From Octopus sinensis (taxonomy: Eukaryota), in NCBI RefSeq assembly GCF_006345805.1, contig NC_043018.1:17856001-17920000 (forward strand): a stretch of 64,000 nt of DNA, in the 5' to 3' direction. Position numbers and translations under genes: made by a program. How positions within the stretch are numbered: the stretch's first letter is position 1; each line of letters starts with the position of its first letter. Shown here piece after piece: positions 1 through 13,971 of the stretch. The notes under the pieces are model-generated. The model was not told the DNA's origin and made no database searches. It saw only the letters and a list, made by a program, of their open reading frames with translations.

Positions 1-962
1 TGAAAAATATTATTTCAAAAATATCATTATTAAGATCACACTCTGACAATCACAGGCATAGAAAAAGGTATCTAACGTAGTTTTCAGACGGTTCGAACGA
101 GACACAAGTGGGAGAAATTCAATTTAAATCCATAATCTACTTTGCAACTTGTATTGCTATTCTCTTCGAATTTCGTAGATTAAACAGAACTTTTGGACAC
201 ACATTCACATACATCGATTTTCTTTTTATCTCTAGAAACAGTCATCTTTATTTCTAGTGTAGGCCTATTCTACTGTGAATTCACTAAATTGGCAGGACAT
301 GCCTTGACGAATTAGTATTGTTGCAAAAATTAAATATCTTTATGTTTCATATGATTCCCACTCAACATCAAATTGGTATCGAATATTGCCACGGGCAATT
401 TAAGAACATTAAACAATAAGAAGCCATTTCCCTTTATCTGCCTCTGAATATTTCAAAAGTGCTGAAAGACGGAAGTAATAATGATGATAATAAATATTGC
501 ACAGTTTCAATAGTTCCGTTTATCTAGTGTCGATTCTTCACGGTTGCCATGTTAACTTCGAAAGTCACTTTGAATGAAAATAGTTTTTAACGCGATTCAT
601 TGGAGTTAAACCCTGACACAGGTTGTAAAAAGCATGAACATCTGATGTTTCGTTTGTGACCGACTAAATATCATTAATGAGAAAGGGCACACGAGGTGAA
701 AGATATCACATGACGTTCGTTAAAATATATATACAAATTTGACAAAGAAAGTTTACCATATTTCAGATGTTTTAGGCATATTTTGATGCTGAAATTCTCC
801 GACTTTTTGAGAGTACCGGATGACCGAAAGCGTAAATATACTCCGGGAGAATACGTTGTGTATATATAAATATATAAATATAAAAGAATTCTTGATATGA
901 AAATGCATTTGGAGACAAACAACAAATTTTATATGTGTTCATGCGTGTGCACTGTGAGTGTA

Positions 963-1190
963 TATTTCTTTATTGCCCACAAGGGGCTAAACATAGAGGG
1001 GACAAACAAAGACAGACAAACGGATTAAGTCAACTACATCGACCCCAGTGCGCAACTGGTACTTTATTTATCGACCCCGAAAGGATGAAAGGCAAAGTCG
1101 ACCTCGGCGGTGTTTGAACCCAGAACGTAACGACAGATGAAATACTGCTGAGCATTTCGCCCGGCGTGCTAACGTTTCTGCCAGCTCGCC
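963..1190 (-). mobile_element. tRNA-derived SINE, family A, full length
   Basis: Reverse complement reads GGCGAGCTGGCAGAAACGTTAGCACGCCGGG with a pol III A box and a B-box-like GGTTCAAAC, ending AATAAAGAAATA. Homologous to copies at 16324, 17149, 52822 and 60587. Confidence 0.9.
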
Positions 1191-1433
1191 GACAACAAGG
1201 ATATTCAAGGTAGTGTAGTACAATCGTTTCCTGCTACTTCATTTTATTAAACAATGTGAGCATTACATCAGTTTTAAAATGTAAAGCAATCTTCATCCAC
1301 GTATACAATGTTTTTAATTAAATGGACAGTGTACATTTTTATACTTATTTATCCTTATATATGTATATATATACTTTTTTATATATATATATATATAGGA
1401 TATATATATTATATATATAATATAGATATATAG

Positions 1434-1468
<35 letters not shown>

Positions 1469-1502
1469 ATATATATGTAAATATATATATATATATTATA
1501 TA

Positions 1503-1568
<66 letters not shown>

Positions 1569-1894
1569 TGTATGTATGCTTTTGAAAAAATGATTAGAAA
1601 TGGGTTTTCTGATATTCTGATGTTTTTTAAATTTAGAAGAGAGAAAACATCTAATTATTAAAGTAGAAACATAATCAGAAAAATCATTTCTATTCATTTT
1701 TTAAAGACATGCATGTATACACACACCACACACACACACACACACGTACGCACACACACATTTTGATATTACGAAACCAATAACCCGATGCAGTGATCAA
1801 TATATGCGTGTTTCACGTATATTGCCTGAATTGAGGCCGGTAACATGAAAGAGAAAAAGCAAAGAAGTAAATGATTATGCCATGAACTACATTA

Positions 1895-1976
1895 GCTCTT
1901 ACAGTTGTTTCTGCTATGAGATGTAGTGCGATCATAGTTGAGTGCCTTAATCACACTTTATACCTTCATCGGAGCC
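1895..1976 (-). ncRNA. degenerate hammerhead ribozyme-like motif
   Basis: Minus strand: GGCT CCGATGA [imperfect stem II AGGTAT...ATAGCA] GAAAC AACT GTA AGAGC. Core has U4C; stems I and II are partly broken. Confidence 0.4.
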
Positions 1977-2113
1977 TCGAATACGAAGTGCAATTTATCT
2001 CGGAAAGTTTAACACTCGTACCCATAAACGGATGGAATCAACATAGTTCATAAGATAATCCTTTATTCCTTCGTCATCTCCCTTTCTTTTATATACATAT
2101 ACATATATATATA

Positions 2114-2163
<50 letters not shown>

Positions 2164-2301
2164 CGACAGGCTTCTTTCAGTTTCCGCCTGCCAAATCCAT
2201 TCACAAGGCTTTGGTCGGCCCGAAGCTATAGTAGAAGACACTTACTCATGTTGCTACGCAGTGAGATGAACCCGGAACTTACACACAGCCACTCCTGCGC
2301 C
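2164..2301 (-). mobile_element. tRNA-derived SINE, family B, 5' half with internal deletion
   Basis: Matches the head of the copies at 14545 and 17697 (GGCGCAGGAGTGGCTGTGTG ... GACCAAAGCCTTGTGAATGGATTTGG). Confidence 0.85.
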
Positions 2302-2308
2302 TATATAT

Positions 2309-2378
<70 letters not shown>

Positions 2379-2689
2379 CTTATGTATCCATGCGTGTTTG
2401 CGTCGTTGCAACAACTGCAAATTTTCTGTTATTTTTCGATTTGTTTAGTTTCTGAAATGCTAGTTATAATGGAAGCCACATCATACTTCAAGATATTGTT
2501 TATGCAAACAAAGCATAAACGTGGAGAAATCAAAGCAAAGAGCAGCAAAGGTTAGAACTGTTCTTAGCTTTTTACATTGAAATTTCCTCTTAAAATAATG
2601 AAAACAACTACAGCATAAATACGTACATATATTTTATGCATCTCCATATACATTTAGAAATATGCATGCACCCACACACATTTCCTTAC

Positions 2690-2945
2690 ACATACACATA
2701 CATACAAAAATACATACATAGATACATACACACAAACATACATATATACATACGAACATACATACAAACATACATGCATACATACATACATGCATACATA
2801 CATACAAACATACATACATACAAACATACATACATACATACATACATACATAAATACATACATACATACATATATACATACATACAAACATACATACATA
2901 CAAACATACATACATACATACAAACATACATACAAACATACAAAC
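2690..2945. repeat. (TACA/CATA)n microsatellite
   Basis: Direct inspection; explains the MYVC/HTYI ORFs. Confidence 0.95.
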
Positions 2946-4646
2946 ATATATATATATATATATAATATATAATGTCTGTACATATATGTATAAATGCTTG
3001 TAAATTTGAATTAATAAATTATAATGGAGTTGACGGTCCAGTGAGTGGTGCTTGCTAAAAAAACAATAAAACTATAATCAGTCCGTCTATAGCTCAGTCA
3101 ATTTTGTTTTGAATAGATACAACATTAGACTTGATACAGATATGTTTGGTGAACAACATTTTTTTGTTTTTCACCGGGAAAAAGGTGTCGCCATATTAAA
3201 GTATTTGCTCGTCTCTGTTTGCAACCCCAACCGAATTTAATTTTGTTTCTCTTTCCCTCGCTTCCATAAATATATAATTTTCAGCTTTTGCTGTTTAATG
3301 TAATTCGAAGTCAGCTGCAACTGCCTGGGTAGGTTATCAAATGCATTCCAGCTATGACCACCATGTATTTCAATAATGATTTCATATCAGTAACATCTTG
3401 TCTTCTAATTTAGGAAAACAAGGTATATATATATATATATATGGGAGTTTTGATTCAATCTTGCAAATGCGTATTAATGGAATTGATTCTAAATGAAACA
3501 GACCAATTTCATTTAGTCTATGTTTTGTTTCCTCTGAACGAAGCCAGATCTACAAGCAACAGCATGTTGTTGATTTATACAGTTGTCTGGGTTTTACAAC
3601 CATTCGTTGAAGCAAGCTAGATAGAGCGACCAGAAACGGCAACCAATCTTTTCTCGCAAGACAGTTAGTCATACAATGGAAGTTATAAGATTTATTTATG
3701 TAACGATGCCACTGAAATCTAGCGAAGCTACATAAATATTTGTCGCGTAGTATCGACATTACAAATGAGTTTTACTAAATGAGTTGTAGGTAACTGTAAA
3801 CTGGTAGAACCGTTGGCGTGTCTGATAAAATGTTTAGCAACATTGATTCCGGTTTCGTTATGACCTCATATCCCGCAACGTTCAGTTTAGCTTTTTTATT
3901 TATACGAGCGATCGGATAAATACCAGTCATGTATTGGGGGTTGATTCAAACGACGTGCTTCCTCTTCTTGAAAATGCTGGCTGTGAGACAACATTAGAAG
4001 TATTACTAAAAGTTAAAGAAAAGGGAAATTTATGTCACATTGGGGCAGTAGAGTAAACGTGTCTTTTCCGACAATGCAAAAGAAAGTTCTTAACCAGAAT
4101 TCGTTTACATACAGCGTCAGTCTGTCTGTTAGAGAGAAATAACCGGATTGCATACTTCCCCTGATGTGTCAGCAATGATAGACTTTAAAAGTCTTTGATA
4201 ATGTCAGGTTTTATTTGTAAGATGGAAAGGTAATGAATCTTTGTCGAATTCAATCACTCTTAGGAGTCTATTTTAGTTTGGGGTCAGGCTGTCTATCCAT
4301 ACTCCACGCACAAGATGGATGACATATGTTAGTTCCTCTCTGATTTATCGGATATGGTGATGTCCTGAGCACGCAGTGAGCGGTAGACGCTGACTGGGCT
4401 GCCATTAACAGATTATATTTGATTTGCACTGACATGAATGTAACACGAACAATACTGATACACAACATAGGTATGTGGACATACATGTGTGCGTGTCTGT
4501 GTCTATGTGTGTGTAAACGCACACATACACACATGCAGGCATACAAACATGCATACATACACATATACATACATACACACACACACATATATATACATGA
4601 TATGTATATATATATATATGTGTGTGTGTGTGTATGTATATATATA

Positions 4647-4728
<82 letters not shown>

Positions 4729-5692
4729 CATACATACAATATACCTGGCACACCAGAATGTAGAAAAACATATTTTTTGAAGACAATGAATTGAGGACAT
4801 TGGAAGTTAATTTTAGTAGGTGAAACTATCACTTGGAGCTTTCCGGATTCATTTGACAGATTTTGCGGTCCTCAACCCACCGTGGTCTAATATTTTCTAA
4901 CATAAGTATGGATTATGGCATAAAGTTTTAGATTCGCAAAACTAACGGCTACAATGATAAATGAGAAGAAATGAACGGGTAGATTTCATTAAACTCCATG
5001 ATCGCTAAATCTTGGATTTCAGATTGAAATTAAACTTGTAAATGGAGAAATTAAATACGATAAGATATTTAATTGAGAATTCTAAAATTTCCACCAAATC
5101 ACCGTCCCCTTCACATATTAATAATGAAGATTAGAAATAGATTGGTTTCAATAAATAATATTAAAATGAAACTAGAAATAGATAATCATGATCAAGAAAT
5201 ATCTTAAAGCTGATTCTCAAGAGAAATGTTATTTTAGACTGTAACAGAAGACCTCTAAAAATCATTGCGTTATTTAGAATATAGAGACATGCGTCTACTC
5301 TAATCGCTTCAAGGCATCGATCTATATATGTTTAATTATTTATCTCAGATTATTCTATTAAATACAACATTACTGAAATTAGAAAACGAGATATTATCAC
5401 TTCATATCCTTTTGGCCGGAATAAAATCTATTGTGTATCTTAATTTGGCAAATAACAACTTAGTTACAAGCTAATGAGAGTACTTTTATGCAGCCAGTTG
5501 ACCTGTTAGAAATAGCTTTAGCAATTTATACAGAGCACAGTTTTACAGGAAACTTGCATATTGTATAACGAACCCCGTGATCGATACCCTAGGGCTAAGA
5601 AATAGATTGGATTGTCGCGTATTAAATGTCATTGACGGCACAGGTGTCTAAGCGAAATGGACATCCTCTTTCAATATCGCTGTCTGATAATT

Positions 5693-5754
<62 letters not shown>

Positions 5755-5963
5755 GCTCGCATATAAATTAGAAAAAAAACCCACTTTTATCAATTCAAAA
5801 TGAACGATTAAATTACACCATCTAGAAAATTACATATAATAGAAATATTATAAAATAACAATAATTAAGTAAATTGCAAAAAATTGATATTGTGTGAAAG
5901 ATTTTGTATTTCTACATTGAATTTTTCTCCTGTAATTTTGGATTAATATTCCTCAAATAATAT

Positions 5964-6007
<44 letters not shown>

Positions 6008-6010
<3 letters not shown>

Positions 6011-6442
6011 TGAGAAAGTTGGTGTGTGAAAGCACGTGGTTGGATATATAGAAAATAGTAAAAAGTGAAAAAACTACAGAAGGCTTGTTTTATAAAGTTA
6101 AAGAATATATTTAAGTTGTTATGTTGGAAGAATGTTATAAAAAATTTTCATACAGTGACATAGTTTTTGAAGAAATTACCCGTTTCATGTTAACTTTTCA
6201 AATTTCTTAAGTGTCTTTACCTACATCATGTTATGTCTTCGTTATGAAGGGCACTTCATAACGAAGACATAACACGATGTAGGTAAAGACACTTGAGAAA
6301 TTTGAAAACTAACATGAAACGGGTAATTTCTTCAAAAACTATGTCACTGTATGAAAAAAAGTTTATAACATTCTTCCAACATAACAACTTAAATATATTC
6401 TTTAACTTTATAAAACAAGCCTTCTGTAGTTTTTTCACTTTT
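6008..6442. repeat. fold-back inverted repeat, arms about 189 bp (6061-6249 / 6254-6442), 4-nt loop GGCA
   Basis: Centre CGTTATGAAG-GGCA-CTTCATAACG. Arms are reverse complements with a few substitutions; the left arm continues unpaired to (TA)n at 6008. Confidence 0.9.
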
Positions 6443-6447
6443 AACTC

Positions 6448-6478
<31 letters not shown>

Positions 6479-6525
6479 TATATATATATATATTATATAT
6501 TATATATATATATATATAATATATA

Positions 6526-6975
6526 CCAATTAAGGACTGAACACGAAAAGTGGACAGTCAACATGATAGATACAGACGTCAAATCGCCATTCTCCACAAA
6601 GAGTATGTTCTCAAATAAAACTCAGCACAAAACATTATTATTATCCGCAAGGATAAACTGTAATTACAGTTTATCCTTGCGGATAATAATAATCGAAACT
6701 GATTCAGTACATGGGTAATTATTTTATTTCGTATATTTTCATTTGTCTTGTTTAATGCTTTGGCTTTGTGCTGAGTTTTATTTGAGAGCATACTCTTTGT
6801 GGAGAATGGCGATTTGACATCTATGTCTAGCATGTTGACTGTCCACTTTTCGTGTTCAGTCCTTAATTGGTATATAAAAATATTTTAATCTTCGGATTCT
6901 TTTTAATATGCTAGACCACTGGTTTTAATTGACTAATATCAATTTCTACCCTTAATTAATTTCTACCCTTAATTA
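6526..6975. mobile_element. fold-back copy of the hammerhead-bearing element at 22465-23045
   Basis: 6526-6633 and about 6765-6875 are inverted copies. 6634-6693 is a perfect 60-bp palindrome. 6695-6709 (GAAAC TGATTCA GTA) and the downstream sequence are homologous to the minus strand of 22465-22725. Confidence 0.85.
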
Positions 6976-6982
6976 ATTATAT

Positions 6983-7025
<43 letters not shown>

Positions 7026-7385
7026 TTCTTTACATGTTTGTTATTTTTATGCACACTGTCCTAAGCGTTTTGGGGCCCCTAACAACATATACCACATTTC
7101 CATAATTTTTTTTTTACTTATTTATACCAAGGGTTTTATGAGGTCAGAGGGCAAATCCTCCCTCACAGTCGTGAGTGTGTCACCCTAACCACCCGGCCCC
7201 AGGCATATTTGTTCAATATTTCTGTGGCATAACTGGGAGGTTAAGAATCTCGCTTTACCACCATCTGGTCAGAGGGTGACCCTTATTGAGCGTCACAATG
7301 GGCCAGACTCTCCCACTATATTTCTAGGTGCACCAATGCCTTGTTTGTCAGTTTTGTAGAAGGAAACTACGTGTATATATATATG

Positions 7386-7598
7386 TTTATTTGTTTGCGT
7401 TTCTCTCCTACCACCACTTCATAGCCAGGGTTGATTTGTTTACGTCTAGTTAACCTACTTTTCTAACAAAATGTAGAATAAGTACAGAACATTAAAAAAA
7501 AACTTCAGTACCGTGCCCAATTGATTTCTCTCCTCCTTAGCAGGGTTTGTCACAGCATGGCTGCCGTGCACGCAATGACTGCAACAATTAAAAGAGGG
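7386..7598 (+). mobile_element. diverged 3' half of SINE family B
   Basis: AGAATAAGTAC ... CAGCATGGCTGC ... AATGACTGCAACAATTAAAAGAG resembles the family B tail. Confidence 0.55.
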
Positions 7599-7838
7599 AA
7601 TATAATTTATCTATAAAGAATCCCTTTAGAATTTTCCAGTAAAACAGTCAATTGCCTGCGGTTTTTTTTTTTTTTGTATTTTCAAATTCGTTTTTGATAT
7701 ATTTTTTCCGTGTTCTTTATAAAGCACACACACACACACACAGACACACACAAACACGTAAACACACACACAAAAACACACAAACACAAACATACATACT
7801 CACAAAATCATAAACACGTATATACATACATATATATA

Positions 7839-7882
<44 letters not shown>

Positions 7883-7931
7883 GTATGCATGTGTGTACTC
7901 GCAAAATATAAACACGTATACATATATATAT

Positions 7932-7963
<32 letters not shown>

Positions 7964-8022
7964 ATACTACATACATATATATATATATATATGTATGTAT
8001 GTATGTATGTATGGATGGATGG

Positions 8023-8055
<33 letters not shown>

Positions 8056-8423
8056 GTTTGTTTGTGTGCATAATACGAATGTAATGTTCTTTTAGTTGGG
8101 TAGAGTTCATGTTTAATGACAGAGATGTTTGCGAAAAGACTCTTTGAACCAGCACCAAACGCTTAGTTCCAGAACAACACAGTAATAAAAAAAAATGAAG
8201 TGAAATCAATATCGTATAACATTTCGATGGATGGTACAGCATTTATAGTATCTATTTTTAAGTTATATAATTTTACCATTTTATAGATTTGGAAATGTTC
8301 AACAACTACTTAAGAGAAGACACTCGCGCTCATACACATAAGAGTGTGTATACATACATGTATATATATATAAATATGTTATATATATATATTATATATA
8401 ATATATTTATATATATATATATC

Positions 8424-8469
<46 letters not shown>

Positions 8470-8713
8470 ATATATACACATACATATGTATACTTATAGT
8501 ATGTTATTATATATATATATATATATATCTATATATATATATATATATATATACAGAGAGAGAGAGGGAGAGAGAGAGAGTAGTTGTACACAAGGGCACC
8601 AATGTTTACTGAAAATAGCAGTCGATAAAATTTATGACGCTAAAGTAAAGCTTTACTGTGCATATACAGGCAAAGGAGTGTGAGGTCAGCGAACGCCAAA
8701 AATTTCGTCTTAC

Positions 8714-8781
8714 CTCTAGGAAAAACATTACACAAATGGACGACATTTTAAATGTTGCTACATCAATGCCAGTATTCTCGT
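8714..8781 (-). other. candidate small spliced exon (68 nt)
   Basis: Minus strand GCTTTCAG|ACGAG...CTAGAG|GTAAGA. One open frame ([23 protein letters not shown]); no homology recognised. Confidence 0.2.
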
Positions 8782-8816
8782 CTGAAAGCCTAGCCGTTAA
8801 CAGAACCGAGAACATA

Positions 8817-8886
8817 AATACATAAATACATACATACATATATACATACATACATACATTCATACATACATACATACATACATACA

Positions 8887-8918
<32 letters not shown>

Positions 8919-8977
8919 CATACATACATACATATATATATGTGTATATATATATATATGTGTATATATAGAGAGAG

Positions 8978-9021
<44 letters not shown>

Positions 9022-9180
9022 GGATAGACAGACAGACAGACAGATAGATGAATAGACAGACAGATAGATAGATAGACAAACAGACAGATAGACAGATATA
9101 TAGATAGAATAGATAGATAGAATTAGATAGATAGATAGATAGATAGAGATAGGATAGATAGACAGATATATAGATAGATA

Positions 9181-9219
<39 letters not shown>

Positions 9220-9220
9220 T

Positions 9221-9260
<40 letters not shown>

Positions 9261-9318
9261 ACAGACAGACAGACAGACAGACAGACATTCAGACAGACAG
9301 GCAGACAGGCAGACAGAC

Positions 9319-9379
<61 letters not shown>

Positions 9380-9380
9380 T

Positions 9381-9426
<46 letters not shown>

Positions 9427-9460
9427 TGATAGATAGATAGATAGATTGATAGATTAGATA
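8817..9460. repeat. compound (TACA)n-(TA)n-(GA)n-(TAGA/CAGA)n microsatellite
   Basis: Direct inspection. Confidence 0.95.
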
Positions 9461-9898
9461 GAGAACATTAAGATGTTCATAGCTTTATAATATATGTGAT
9501 GAATGGCTACGAAGTTTTGTACTCTGCACGCCGAGAATAAAAAGGTTAAACGTTTTAAACGCTTTAAATGTTCGAAGCCAATAGTGTCTGCAATACGAAA
9601 TGTTTACATTGTATTCGATGCATTCAGTTCAATCGTATGAGACTCTCATCTCCACTTTGCTCGCCTATAATTTCGTTAACTGCACTCAATTCCCAATACT
9701 TTCGCCTTCATTCAATCGTTCGCTCGGTTAATTGAGTCACTCTCTACATCACTAAGACACATGTGCAAGTATTACATTAAATATTTCCTCACTACAAATA
9801 CAGTTAAATACACAGAGCTGATTTTTCTTTCCTTGGTTAAATTACTTGCCGCAAGCAGGCAAGTGTCCTTTAACAGTGGGACGATATTCTTATTCTCA

Positions 9899-10288
9899 GT
9901 GGAGGCGCAATGGCCCAGTGGTTAGGGCAGCGGACTCGCGGTCATAGGATCGCGGTTTCGATTCCCAGACCGGGCGTTGTGAGTGTTTATTGAGCGAAAA
10001 CACCTAAAAGCTCCACGAGGCTCCGGCAGGGGATGGTGGTGATCCCTGCTGTACTCTTTCACCACAACTTTCTCTCACTCTTACTTCCTGTTTCTGTTGT
10101 ACCTGTATTTCAAAGGGCCGGCCTTGTCACTCTCTGTGTCACGCTGAATATCCCCGAGAACTACGTTGAGGTTACACGTGTCTGTGGAGTGCTCAGCCAC
10201 TTGCACGTTAATTTCACGAGCAGGCTGTTCCGTTGATTCGGATCAACCGGAACCCTCATCGTCGTAACCGACGGAGTGCTTCCAACCA
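9899..10288 (+). mobile_element. tRNA-derived SINE, family C, full length with 13-bp TSD
   Basis: Head GTGGAGGCGCAATGGCCCAGTGGTTAGGGCAGCGGACTCGCGG...GGTTTCGATTCCC. TSD ATTCTTATTCTCA at 9886-9898 and 10289-10301. Confidence 0.92.
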
Positions 10289-10499
10289 ATTCTTATTCTC
10301 ATGCCTAAAAGAATCAGAACTAGTAGGAAAAAATTCATGGATTATTGTGATTCTAAAACCTATTAAAATGTATTCTGAATTAAGAGGATCAGTTGGTAGT
10401 GGTGATGATGCAGTGTATAAGCGCAAAATACATCAGAAGAATTGACAATATTTTACTCCATGCTACGCTTTTAATATCATTTATCTGAAATGAAATTAC

Positions 10500-10580
10500 C
10501 CATTTCCATTGTAAAGAGAAGAGAGCAAGCAGCACTTGTAGAACGTCAATGATATGGCGAATGTCCAAGTGCAGAATGTT
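10500..10580 (-). other. candidate small spliced exon (81 nt)
   Basis: Minus strand CTTCTTTTTGTTTTCTGCTTAG|AACATT...AAATGG|GTAATT. Two open frames; no homology recognised. Confidence 0.2.
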
Positions 10581-11020
10581 CTAAGCAGAAAACAAAAAGA
10601 AGCAAATCTCATTTGCATGAGAGGAGGAAGTGCAACTTGTCAATTTCACGAAAGCTTAGCGTTCAACAGGAATTACCTTTGAGAACAAGCTATTGTGTGT
10701 GTGTCTGTGTGTCCTTGCATATACATGTATGTATGTATAGATGGATGGATGGATGGATGGATGGATGGATGGTCACAAAGAAAGTCCCAAAGATCCATTA
10801 TTAGAATGTAGATCACAAAAACAAATTGAAATTTCTTCATTTTTTTTTTGTTTGTGCGGGTATATCATATTTTAGACCGTTGTGGCCACTGAATGACACC
10901 TCGCGGAAAGATAATACCTGGAAGACATTTCTTTGCAGCAGTTGCCCGTGGTATTGTTGGTGACCTCAATCTTGGTATTGTACGGCCTACATTTCCTGTC
11001 TATCAGTGTTTTCTGCATTT

Positions 11021-11615
11021 TATGTATGTATGTGTGTATGTATGTATGTATGTATGTATGTATGTATGTATGTATGCATGCATGTATGCATATATGTATG
11101 TATATATGCATGTATGTATGCATGTATGCATGTATGTATGTATGTATGTATGTATGCATGTAGGTATGTATGTATGTATGTATGTATGTATGTATGTATG
11201 CATATATGCATGTATGCATGTATGTATGTTTGTATGTATGCATGTATGCATGTATGTATGTATGTATGTATGCATGTATGCATGTATGTATGTATGTATG
11301 TATGTATGCATGTATGCATTTATGTATGTATGTATGTATGCATATATGCATGTATGCATGTATGTATGTATGTATGTATGTATGTATGCATGTATGCATG
11401 TATGTATGTATGCATGTAGGCATGTATGTATGCATGTATGTATGTATGTATGAATGCATGTATGCATGTATGTATGTACGGATGTATGTATGTATGTATG
11501 AATGCATGTATGCATGTATGCTTGTATGTATGTATGTATGCATGTATGTATGTATGTATGTATGTATGTATGCATGTATGTATGTATGCTGCATTTATGT
11601 ATGTATGTATGTATG
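11021..11615. repeat. long (TATG/CATG)n microsatellite
   Basis: Direct inspection; source of the 180-240 aa artefact ORFs. Confidence 0.95.
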
Positions 11616-12345
11616 TATAAATATATGTGTATATATCACGTCATCACGTGACCGACCAGACCATCAGATGTTGTTACATATCGCTGGTCACAATGCGTTC
11701 GCATTGTTTTAGCCTTCGAATGACGCCACCCCGCTGGCTAAGCGAGCAGGCCATGTGTATATATAGTGAAAGATATATATATATATTTCTCGTTGTCTGT
11801 AAAAGCAGTAGGGTAGATGAAATTCCTTAACAATAGATATCGACTATTCCGAAAGAAGTAGCGTTTCTCCAGTTCAGTGAATAAAGTTAGTAAATGACTA
11901 AAAGAATTCGTGATGCTATGGAGATAAATACCCACGTCCGTTATCTGAAAGATTTGACGATATGCTCAGTCAAAAAATAGTAAAACCATTTCCTAAATAA
12001 ATTTTCAGGCTTACATAAAAAAAAGAAACAAAAACACACGAAATGGTATTTTCTGCAAAGTAAACGATGTTTGTAAGGAAGGAATAGAAAAATGGAAAGA
12101 ATAAGAGTTCGTGTATCCGTGTGTGTGTGTGCGTGTGTGTGTGTGTGTGTGTTTGATGGTATTGTGTTCGGTAAGGAAATGTCAATTGCAGACGATGCAT
12201 ATCTATTGTTGTAAATACAAAATATAATAACGATTTACTGAAATTATCGACAAAACCATATAAGGACTCTTTTCACATCAGAGCTATTTTTCAAATGGAG
12301 AAACGGAATGACACTTAGATAAAATACGACCGTCTTATATATTAT

Positions 12346-12383
<38 letters not shown>

Positions 12384-12470
12384 TATATATATGTATGGTT
12401 GTGTGTATATACATATATAAGATATATAATTAATAATTTAATAATATATATATATAATATAATATTATAC

Positions 12471-12517
<47 letters not shown>

Positions 12518-12592
12518 TACATTATATAAAAGGGCTTAGTAAAATAAATTACTTTGCCACATACTGAACTCTAATTAATTTACCCTCAATTG

Positions 12593-12648
<56 letters not shown>

Positions 12649-13171
12649 TTAGATAGATAGATACATACATACATACATACATACATACATACACATCTTT
12701 ACTCCTAGATAGATTAAAAACGGAGAGGATGTGAAAAACTTGGATTGAGTGTCGGTGGTTGCTATATTTGGTAATACATCGCCACCTGCAGCCTCCCACG
12801 TTATCTACGGTTGTTTTTAAGTAGCAGATACAAAATCTAAATAAAGGAAGATGTACAGAAGCCTTTTTTTGCAGAACTTCTTGGAGGTCAGCTATGGAAT
12901 TCTCACTATCTTTCAAGCGATGTGTGTCAAGATACATTACCACAATTAACCCGAATTTCCGACGCATGCGCACAAACACACGTACTGATATGTATATGTC
13001 GGTTGTATTCTGTGTACGTTTGATCTATGAATGTAAATATCAATTTATTTTTTTACTTAAATATACATGAAAATCTTCAGTCTATGTTTCGTTTCTGTTC
13101 GCATGTATGCACATGCATACACACAAACACACACACACATGTGTATATATATGCATATATATATAAATAAT

Positions 13172-13203
<32 letters not shown>

Positions 13204-13850
13204 GCCGAATTTGCGAAGATGATCCGGTTCTTGACTGAAGATTGAAGGCTTCGAATGTCCCGTCCGTGTTTTTTGTATCGTCTTCTAAATGTTCCACGTT
13301 CTTGTCCCAGTTTGTATTTTTTTACATTTACATATATATATAATGGATTTGTTGGGCGGAAACTAGTTCGTCGTGTATATATATATATATATCTAATCTG
13401 TGTGTGTTTGTGTGTGTGGTGTGAGTGTGTGTGTGTGTGTGTGTGTCTATATTTGTTCTCCCGCTATCGACTGACACACAGAGTGTGATTTAGACCAGTC
13501 GAACAAAAGACGGCCTTGAGGGTCAAGCAGACGAGAATAATGGGTAATGGTTAGAAAATGTCTTGAAGGATGGAGGACGGAGAGATAGAGAATTTGCGAA
13601 TTCTCAGCTCTGAGAAAAAAAGAAAAAGGGGGACTGGGCGTTGGTCACTTGACAGCAGCAGGCATAGGAGAAAGACAGGATTTTTTTTTAAATTTGTGTT
13701 TCAAGAAAAAGAAACTCACATGCACATACACATCGCATGTCCGATTATAAACGTATTTATCGCTGTATCTTTTTATGGTCCTCTTCTGGCTTGTAAATGG
13801 CCTCCACGCTGGCTTGACAATGGCCTGGCAGAGGAATGTAGTTAAGTAGA

Positions 13851-13971
13851 GTACATCAGCCCCAGTGCTCAACTTGTACGTATTTGATCGACCCCGAAAG
13901 AATGGAAAGCAAAGTCGGCTTCTGTGGAATTTAAACTCAGAACAAATGGACGGACGAAATACCGCTAAGCC
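13851..13971 (-). mobile_element. diverged partial SINE family A
   Basis: GATCGACCCCGAAAGAATGGAAAGCAAAGTCGG...CGAAATACCGCTAAGC matches the family A body. Confidence 0.7.

Noticed and set aside
7120-7345. GC-richer segment as a LINE remnant (also 16560-16790)
   Set aside because: Plausible, but no RT or endonuclease motif could be read with confidence.
9899-9975. tRNA-like heads (also at 16324, 14545, 60022 and others) as tRNA genes
   Set aside because: They continue into repeated SINE bodies with TSDs and lack a complete cloverleaf.
13228-13270. CTGAAGA...TTCGAATGTCCCGTC as a hammerhead
   Set aside because: It has GAAT instead of GAAA and no stem I partner. It may still be a repeat fragment, but the fold is unsupported.
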